Shown: positions 55,101-64,000 of the stretch, one piece after another
How the letters are laid out: every line of letters starts with the position of its first letter
How positions within the stretch are numbered: the stretch's first letter is position 1
Position numbers and translations under genes: made by a program
Source of the DNA: Octopus vulgaris
Taxonomy: Eukaryota
Length of the DNA: 64,000 nucleotides
Reading direction: 5' to 3'
Assembly (NCBI GenBank): GCA_951406725.2
Contig: OX597816.1
Coordinates: forward strand, 81,096,001 to 81,160,000
The notes under the pieces: generated by a model
What the model was told of the DNA's origin: nothing
What the model saw: the letters and a program-made list of their open reading frames with translations, nothing else
Database searches by the model: none

Positions 55101-55339
55101 GATATAGTTGAAGTGAAATTAGATGCAGCCATGTTGCCCATATCAGTCAGCCATCGTAGAGCCACTACAACAATGTTACCATAGCAGGTATAATACTTCA
55201 GTGCAACAGTACCATCACAACATAATTAGTACGTTGACCTTCTGATAATGCTTGAACCAGTTGTCAAGCACCCCACCTAGATGTCGATGCTAGATGTGTC
55301 GAAACAGTTGTTTCATCTTCCACCTTTCATTTATCATAC

Positions 55340-55427
<88 letters not shown>

Positions 55428-55428
<1 letters not shown>

Positions 55429-55560
55429 CTCTTTTATTCTTCTACTTGTTTCAGTCATTTGACTGCTGCCATGCTGGAGCACTCTAGTACTTATTCTATC
55501 GGACATTTTTGCCGAACCGCTCAGTTACGGGGACATAAATACACCAGCATCGGTTGTCAC
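55428..55560 (-). mobile_element. SINE family A 3' half with internal deletion
   Basis: TACTTGTTTCAGTCATTTGACTGC.GCCATGCTGGAGCAC...GCCGAACCGCT.AGTTACGGGGAC. Confidence 0.85.
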
Positions 55561-55741
55561 AAGATGGTCATTGTATTACATTGCAATTGCTCTGAAACAT
55601 AGTGAGTTGTCGTGTGAGTCATTTCAATAGTCAGTGTATAATGGTTCATGCCATGAAGTTCACAGTTATATTTTCATTCGAATTATATACGTACGCATGT
55701 GTGTGTGTGTGTGTGCGTGTGTGTGTGCGCGCACGCGCATA

Positions 55742-56948
55742 CACAGGGATTGGAAAAAATAGTTGGAACAGTAGAAATTTAACTCCAATATTTCAATGCG
55801 CCATTATATTACGAATATCCATACAAATTTCATTGGGCGTGTTTTTGTTTTGGTTTGTAGATGGTTTTATTTATCTAATTTGCTGATTATTTCTATCTCT
55901 TTTTCAGATTGTAGTATAAATTAAGCTAAGATGCGAAAAAGGGCAAATTGTTGGAACTCGAATGGTAGGAGCTTCCTTCACCAGAACAGCTGAACTATAT
56001 CAAGTACCATGGTTGAATTTGAGAAGCAGGGTAAAACCTCCAGCAGGACTTCGAAGCTCACTGAAAGAGTGTTGAATCGCATCGTGAAGAAAAATCACCG
56101 GACAACTGCCCCCAAAGTAACTACAGAGTTGAATCAGCATCTGACTAGCCCAGTTCCGACAAAAACTGTTCGCTGTGAGCTCAATAAAGCTGGATATCAT
56201 GGAAGAGATGCCATCAGGAAACCTCTGCTTTCTCATCAAAACATTCAGAAAAGGCTGAATTGGTGTAGAGATCTCAAGAGCTAGTCGACAGACCAATGGA
56301 AGCAAGTAAAATTTTCCGACGAGTCCAGTTTTTCTCTTTTCCTCCCTGCAGGGTGAGTTTATGTGTGGAGGCAACCCAGGGAAGCTTTTTATCCTGACTG
56401 CCTTCTTCTTACAGTGAAGCATGGAGGAGGGTCTGTGATGGTTTGGGTTGCCATTTCTTAAAATTCTCCTAGTCCAGTCGTTGCCCTGCACGGTAGGATC
56501 AACAGCAATGATTATCTGAATATTTTGGAAAATCAAGTCCTTCCCCTGGTCCAGTCATTATTCCTTGATGGTGAGTGCAGCTTCCAAGATGACAATGCTT
56601 CAATGCACACCTCTCATGTTGTTAAGAATTGACATGAAGAGCATAATAGTGAGCTACAATACATGGAGTAGTCCCCTTAATCTCCAGACTTCAATATTAT
56701 TGAGCATCTGTGGTGCATCTTGGAGTGACAGGTAAGAAGTCGTTACCCTCTACCGTCGTGTCTGCAACAGCTGGAACAGGTTTTGCGGGGGTAATGGCTC
56801 AAGATTCCTCTCAATGAAGTCAGGAAGCTGCATGAATCAATTCCTAGACGCAACGAAGCAGTTCAGAAAGCTGAAAGAGAACGAACTCCATATTAAATAA
56901 ATATTCATTGAATTTAACACGTGTTCCAATTATTTTGTCCAACCCGTG
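55742..56948 (+). mobile_element. Tc1-like DNA transposon, full length (~1.2 kb), inactive
   Basis: TA target duplication (55740-41, 56949-50). Imperfect ~28-bp TIRs CACAGGGATTGGAAAAAATAGTTGGAACA / TGTTCCAATTATTTTGTCCAACCCGTG. Transposase inside. Confidence 0.95.
55935..56896 (+). pseudogene. Tc1-family transposase pseudogene, DD36E spacing
   Basis: EKGQIVG.. N-terminus, then one frame from 56009 with several stops: RKPLLS..RLNWC, FSDES (D 56318), VKHGGGSVMVW, FQDDNA (D 56591), SPDFNIIEHLW (E 56702), ending TPY* at 56896. Confidence 0.95.
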
Positions 56949-57111
56949 TATGTGTTTACGTGTATGTGCTCGTTTGTGTGCGCGTGACTGTCTGTGTCTG
57001 TATGTATGCATGTACAATAAAACTTTTTTTTCTTTTTGTATCTATGAATAAGAGGCAGAAAGAAAGATGACATATATGAAGTATGAAATTCTCGTTCCGA
57101 ATTTCTGCGCT

Positions 57112-57400
57112 AGAATTAATTACAAAGTCTCCAAAGTGTAAGCAAGTCCTTTCGATTAAATGGATTCTATAGCCCTTGGTATTTTGTGGTTATTATGAGA
57201 TGCTAATAGAATTCATATTTTTCTATTTAGTTTTGCTAATAGGGAAATTATTTTCTTTTTCCAATTAACTTTTTCTCATGCTGTAATTTTCTACAGGTTA
57301 TTCCGGCAGAGGAAATTATTTGGTTGTTGAATCAAGTAAGGTTTGAATATCAGTTTTCTCAAGTAATCCATCGTGGTAAAGGTGAAGATGACTACGGGTG
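57112..57400 (+). repeat. Old local duplication, copy 2
   Basis: See 54815-55100. Confidence 0.85.
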
Positions 57401-59598
57401 ATCACGTGGATGATGTTCTATGTGCAGTATATATATATATAAACAGTATGCAATCAAGAGGTGCAAATATCGCCGATTGATGATAAGCTCCGGACACATT
57501 GAATTTGTGATATTTGCACAATTTTCTGTTTAATTATTTTACATCCTTCACATGCTCCTCGCACCTTGATTTCCTGCAATATTCAGTTTAGTGAAGAGGG
57601 ATTGGATTCATGAGGCTTACGCACTACATGAAAACGAAGCACTTGATTCTGATCCAACGAGCAATTGATTGCTACAGTACAAATAATATTAAGGGTAGCA
57701 ATGAGATTTTGGTCGCGAATAACACATATGTAGAAGCACCATGAAATAACGGCAATATCCCGAGCAGGCCAATATATTTTCTGGTTTTCAACAAGTGCAG
57801 TATTTCAACTCCCGATGTAGGTGAATCTTTGACTTCGGTTTTCCAAGGACTTTTATAATTAAGATATTTTATGCGCCTAATGCATATTTACAAAACTTGT
57901 GGGCTATTTTTTTTAGATACAAGTTCTGCTGAACATTGTATTTCCTTTTCGTTTAATTTCCATCGAAGTGTTGCTCGATGTTAACACATTATTCAAATGT
58001 TTGGATTAATATTTTAGGATGCACTGAATTAATAGTTTTGTGTACACAGATAATTTACATGAATTATTAAATTGTTTTTCAAAACAAAACTTTATATGAA
58101 CATTTTTTATTTGACCCGTAATGGTGCTTCAGCTAAATTTAAACGAAAAACAAGCATTTTAATGAACATATAGCAAATATACACAAACAAGCTTCCTTAG
58201 TAGCCAGAGATAGATTTTTCAGACAGGAAAACTTTAAGTCACATAGTGACGACGATGGCGGCAGTGACGCATTCACACCAATTTCACCGAGCGAGAATGC
58301 TCCAAACAGAAGCATTTCTACCAATGCTGCGAGTTTTGCTCGAATTATCTCCAAAATTCAGTCCTGGAATATGGGAAAAGAACAGTACGAAAGGAAATAT
58401 TGATAAAGTTAAGTTCACAAAGAACTCATCATCCAGGTTCAAAAATTCATTCGGGAGCAGAAGCGGAAACTAATTTATTCTCTTCTCACAGAAGGTGGAA
58501 ATGCCATTTCTTTATTCTATTCTCATAAGAGTACTTGAAGTCTTCACAAGTATCCTGGCCAGTGTCTTACAGGGATGGTCAAAGCTTACGGTATTGTCTA
58601 CCTAACCATCAGGCCAAGGAAGAGTTATGGAGACGAGCAGAGAATATGTGCGACACACTCGCTAAGCTTGTTCCCCAAGAGACAGAGGTGGAGGGAGAAA
58701 GAGAGATTTCACCTTCCCTTTAAAATGCACATGGTGGAAACCTCGGTTTTTGTAGATAGAAAGCTAGTTTTTCTGTCAACTCAATCACGACATAGGCGAG
58801 CGAGCGCGAGTATGTGTGTGTGTGTGTGTGTGTGTAGTTGTGACCTTCAAGACTGAGAACGAAACAAAGCGTCAACTTGAGTTCTGACGTCATATACCCG
58901 ACCACAAACACGTTCCACGGTGTATTGGTAATGTTCAAAGATCACTGTCAGGAGAATAACTAGTGATATTAACCCTTGGTTTATCATCTCCTCTGTAACA
59001 AAGTATGGGCAAGGGGTGAACACTGCAGTAACTGAAAAGTACATGTGGTCAGATGGGGTTTGTATGAACGTGCATATCGTAGTTACGCCCAAAAAGCATA
59101 AGTATATTTCTGAGCTATGTTCGTTGCGGATGCAAGAACGAAAGCTAAGAGACTCGGAGTAAAATCCATGTCTAACTGCTAAATTAGTGATAATATACAA
59201 CACCTAAGAGTTTTCGGCCCTGAGGAGTTGAGGAAGCAGAAGAGGAAAGAGTGTATTGCACAAAAGAAGAGCCAGAATCAACAAAAGTAGAATTCAGAGC
59301 CTGCTTTAAACTTTGGAGTAGGAAACGTTGCACTACATTGTGAAACGTCTCTTACTTTCTTTATAAAATTTTTATTCGTTTGTCACCTTTGTTTTCGATT
59401 TATTGCAACACTTTTGTGTACATATTATTGTATGCATCAATGAGTTATGGTGGCAATATGAGAAAAAAATATTTATTCAGTATCATCATTGTTGTTGTTG
59501 TTATCGTTCACATATGAAAAATTCATACAATAAACTAAGGTTACCATAATGATAATTGTAATATTTTTTCTAGCATTCAAACATGCATTCTTCGTGTT

Positions 59599-59644
<46 letters not shown>

Positions 59645-60594
59645 CAACAATAATAACAACAACAACAACATTACAAAAAAGTAGCTTTGCCACTGTTATT
59701 GCTCCATATTTTGAACGTTTGCTTGCCTTGAGAAAAAAATTGCATTTTTCTCAGTTTTCAAAATAAAATGTCGTTGTTTCTATAATCTGAAGAACAATGT
59801 AGCGTCATTGTTTAGGATTGTGACAATATCAGATAGAATTGCCCGTTTTGAAAACGAATCATTTATTTCTTTATGATATGATATAATGTTGTTGCTTGTG
59901 TTACTTTCCTTTTTGCAGATTGCTTTTATTTTATCTATTTATTTATTTTTTTCTTTTCATATCGTTGCTCTTGTTCCTGTTATTCTTGACATCGTTGTTG
60001 TTTTTAACCTTTTTGTTCAGCAAAATTTCAAATCTGCAGCTGTGTATTCTCATTATACAATTATTACATTTATAGATGAATAACTAAGATAAAGTCTCGG
60101 TTTCGTGTTTTGTTGGGCTTTTGAGGGTTTTTTTTTATTATTTCTTTTTGCTTATTTTCTGTACCGATCAATGCTGTAACTTTTGTTGCTAATGTTAACA
60201 ATGATAATGATGATAACAATGTTGATAAAGATATTGAAGATGATGAGGATCACTATGAGTGTGACGACAATAATAGATATTGATGGGGTTTCTGACGACG
60301 AAACGAATGAAAACTATCATGATGGTTATGATTATGATGATGACGACTACGCCAGCAACGACGTTGACGACCACGGCAACGATGGTGATGACGATGATAA
60401 TACTGATTGATTACAATGTTGATGTGATTCTAGATTTTCATGATGATCTCGATGATTATGAGATTGTTTACATAAGATAACGCCATCATGTATATTAAAT
60501 CTCCACTGGAAAATGCACGTCAGCAGAAACAGAAGCAGCTCCAAACGTTGATCTTAGTTTAGCATTTAACTATTGCTCAAATATCGATACTCAT

Positions 60595-60639
<45 letters not shown>

Positions 60640-60643
<4 letters not shown>

Positions 60644-60845
60644 TTACTCTTTTACTTGTCATGTGACAGTGGACATGCTGGAGCACCGCCTTTAGTCGAG
60701 CAAATCGACCCCAAGACTTATTCTTTGTAAGCCTAGTATTTATTCTATCGGTCTCTTTTGCCGAACCGCTACGTTACGGGGAGATAAACATACAATCATC
60801 GGTTGTCAAGCGATGTTGGGGGTACAAACACAGACACACAAACAT

Positions 60846-60933
<88 letters not shown>

Positions 60934-61103
60934 GACGGGCTTCTTTCAGTTTCCGTATACCAAATCCACTCACAAAACTTTGATCGACCCGAGGCTATAG
61001 TAGAAGACATTTGCCCAAGGTGCCACGCAGTGAGACTGAACCCGGAACCATGTGGCTGGAAAGCAAGCTAGTTACCACACAGCCACTCCTACACCACTCC
61101 TAC
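60640..61103 (-). mobile_element. SINE family A, full length
   Basis: Complete head, internal (TA)n(TG)n and tail. Confidence 0.9.
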
Positions 61104-61348
61104 GTGTAAGATACACAAGCGCATGGCTCTGTGTGCGTGTGTGTCTGTGCGCGCGTATGTGTGTGTGCGCGCGTATGTGTGTGTGTGTGTGTGAGCCTTT
61201 ACGTATATGCCATCATATATATTAAAACTTCACTGGAAAATGCACGTCTGGGAATACAGAAAGAGATCAAAACGTTGAAATTGGTTTAGCGACTAGCTAT
61301 CATACAAATGTCGGTATGTGTAACACACGAATATACACAAGCGCATGG

Positions 61349-61386
<38 letters not shown>

Positions 61387-62136
61387 AGACAGAGAGAAAC
61401 AGACAGACAGAAAGATAGAGAGCGAGATAACAACAACTACAAGAAGCAGCAACATCTTGATCTTTCAAGATACAATGCGTAATTCCATCTTTTAACTTTG
61501 AGACGGTACCAGCAGCTGAGAGCTGATCAAGGCAGAAGATAAAAATGGCTGAGGGCTAATGGGAAGATAGCCAACGCTAAAACATTCACACTAAATTGAA
61601 AAGTTAAAGGTTCAAACACAGCCACCCCGACCTCTACACATCACATACGACCTTACATACACTCTCACACACATGTATACAAACACATACACTCACACAT
61701 ATATATAGTCATTTGCAACTTGTGTTCTCATATATATATATATGCACACACACACACACACATATATATATATAAGGAAGACAGAATAAAAATAGAGATT
61801 TTATACATCTTTAATTAAAATTGTCCAGCATGTGTTTCTGTTGTATAAATGAATTCGTGTTGGAATATTACAAGTTGGAAAATTTTAATTGAAGATGAAT
61901 AATTCTCCATTCATTATTATATATTTTTAATATACTCCGTAATAATTTTACACGAAATCTTTGGGAGCGAACTCAGGATTTACCAGTCGAAAGAAGTACA
62001 ACTGTAATTGTTTATTCTACACGATTCTTTACGTTTCCTATTATTCGATATGGTTAGCCAAGTTTGGATTTCATCAAAGTGCTCGTAAGATATCAACCTG
62101 GATTTTAAAATCCTCATTCCTTTGTGGTATATATAT

Positions 62137-62507
62137 ACTGCGGCCACGCTGGTGCACCATCTTTAGTCGAGCAAATCGACCCCGGAACTTATTCTTTGTA
62201 AGCCTAGTACTTATTCTATCGGTCTCTTTTGTCGAACTGCTAAGTGACAGGGACATAAATACACCAGCATCGATTGTCAAGCAATGCTAGGGGGACAAAC
62301 ACAGACACGCAAACATATACACACACACATATATACATATATATACGACGGGCTTCTTTCAGTTTCCGTCTACCAAATCCACTCACAAGGCTTTGGTCGG
62401 CCCGAGGATATAGTAGAAGATACTTGCCCAAGATGCCACGCAACGTGACTGAACCCGGAACCATGTGGTTGGTAAGCAAGCTACTTACCACACAGCCACT
62501 CCTGCGC

Positions 62508-62508
<1 letters not shown>
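62137..62508 (-). mobile_element. SINE family A, near full length, flanked by (TA)n
   Basis: High similarity to 60640-61103. Confidence 0.9.
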
Positions 62509-62551
<43 letters not shown>

Positions 62552-62553
<2 letters not shown>

Positions 62554-62785
62554 GTGTGTTTGTCCTTGAGTCTGTGTTTGTTCCCCACCTCCGCTTGATA
62601 ACTCGTGGTGGTGTGAATACGTCCCCGTAGCCTGGCAGTTTGGCAAAAGAGAAAGATAGAATAAATACCAGGGTTTTTTTTAAATAAGTACTGGGGTCGA
62701 TATATTCGGCTAAAAATTCTTCAAGATGGTGTGTCCCAGCATGGCTGCAGTCTAATGACTAAGACAAAATATAGAAGATAAAAGA
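62552..62785 (+). mobile_element. SINE family A 3' half
   Basis: TGTGTTTGTTCCCC..GCTTGA..GGCAAAAGAGA..GATAGAATAA..GGGGTCGA..CCAGCATGGCTGCAGTC. Confidence 0.8.
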
Positions 62786-63744
62786 TATAGCCATAAGCAT
62801 ATGTCCGAAGATGGTGCTGCATTCCGCCGTTACTCAAAGATTCTCGATGTGTGTTTTCGTACTTGTATTGACTGAACCATCAGATTCATTGAATGAAGAA
62901 AATACTCTACAACATGTATTGAGTACTTTTCCCTGTTTTAAACACACACACATGCGTGTGTGTGTGTGTTTCTGTCTCATATAAAAATATTAACTTCTGT
63001 TATTTTTCTGCTACTGCTGTTGCTGCCACTAGTACTACATCATTAGTATTCACACATGCCCAGACATCCGGCATTTATATAAATTCAGTAAGTAAACAGG
63101 CAGTTAGCTTGACCAAAAGCAAAAACTCTGTGTATGCGTGCGTATGTATGCGTGTGTGTGTTTTAGAGTCAGGAAAATGGAAGGGTACACACACAAAAAA
63201 AGGAAACAAAACATACAACTAAACCAGAGACGCAATGAAGACGCGAAAACAAAGAAGGAAAAGCAGTAAAAAGCAAGCTGTGTTTTCTGTAACTTTTAAA
63301 CACAGTTAAGATATGGGAAGTTTGAAAGACACATGCTGTGAGATATCGGATTGGTGAGAATGTTGTTATCTATGGAGAAATGAAGTTTATATACACACCT
63401 TAAATACGGATGTGAATGAGAGTATATGTATTTGTTCAAGTGTGTATGTATATGTGTGAGTTTGTGTGAATGAGAATAAGTGTATGTTTATGTCATATAA
63501 TCTGTGAGTAATATGCGTTTGCCTGATTTGAAATATATGTGTATGTGCTTGGATGATAGTGTGGGATATATGTAAGTTGACCTCGTGTTAATTGCTACTA
63601 GTTAAAGGATTTCGTTTTTTCATTAAATTTGTATACAAATTATATAATCCAAACAAAAATTGTAATTTGTATCGTTCACATGACATTTAGCAGCTGAAAA
63701 ATTTAAATAGCGAATTTGAAGGTTCACTCGTAAATAAAATTTAT

Positions 63745-63960
63745 ACTTATTTTGAAAAGGTCCTGGCTTTGGGTTAAAGAAAATACAGGAGGATCAGTTA
63801 ATTACGATTTTATCCAACATATTCCCCTCTGAGATTCACACACCTATTGCAGTGATCTTTCACTTTTTCTAAGCTCTGTAAAAGAACTCGGATGGTTGTG
63901 CCTTCAGCCAGGCATTTCGCGAGACCCTTAAAACCAGGAACTTTTCAGCGCCCCTTCGTA
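63745..63960 (-). mobile_element. mariner-derived MITE
   Basis: Right TIR CCAGGAACTTTTCAGCGCCCCTTCG+TA and degenerate left TIR TGAAAAGGTCCTGG. The - strand encodes DHCNRCVNLRGEYVG*. Confidence 0.8.
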
Positions 63961-64000
63961 TATATGTATATATAAAATAAAGGCGGTGCTCCAGCATGGC

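Noticed and set aside
56000-56536. 178-aa ORF on the - strand
   Set aside because: Antisense shadow of the Tc1 transposase.

Overview
AT-rich eukaryotic DNA saturated with microsatellites. It is most likely intronic or intergenic coleoid cephalopod (Octopus-like) DNA, inferred from the tRNA-derived SINE families and the (TA)n/(CATA)n/(GATA)n density. No intact host gene is recognisable, and nearly all ORFs in the track are microsatellite artefacts. The window is a record of mobile elements: (i) a full-length dead Tc1-like transposon (55742-56948) whose triad reads DD36E; (ii) several Penelope-like element (PLE) remnants, namely an N-terminal ORF fragment in an inverted-repeat structure (37.5-38.9 kb) and GIY-YIG fragments (12.8-13.3 kb, 42.4-42.7 kb, probably 31.5 kb); (iii) minimal hammerhead-ribozyme cores in short microsatellite-embedded elements, intact at 27133 and 50560 and degenerate at 37.9, 2.0, 25.65 and 31.63 kb; (iv) decayed R4/Dong-like and CR1-like LINE fragments; (v) many SINEs, mariner-derived MITEs and old local duplications. 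The best candidate 'system' is a set of hammerhead-carrying, (TA)n-associated PLE-derived or retrozyme-like elements that nest inside SINE-borne microsatellites. All family assignments are by eye, with no database search.
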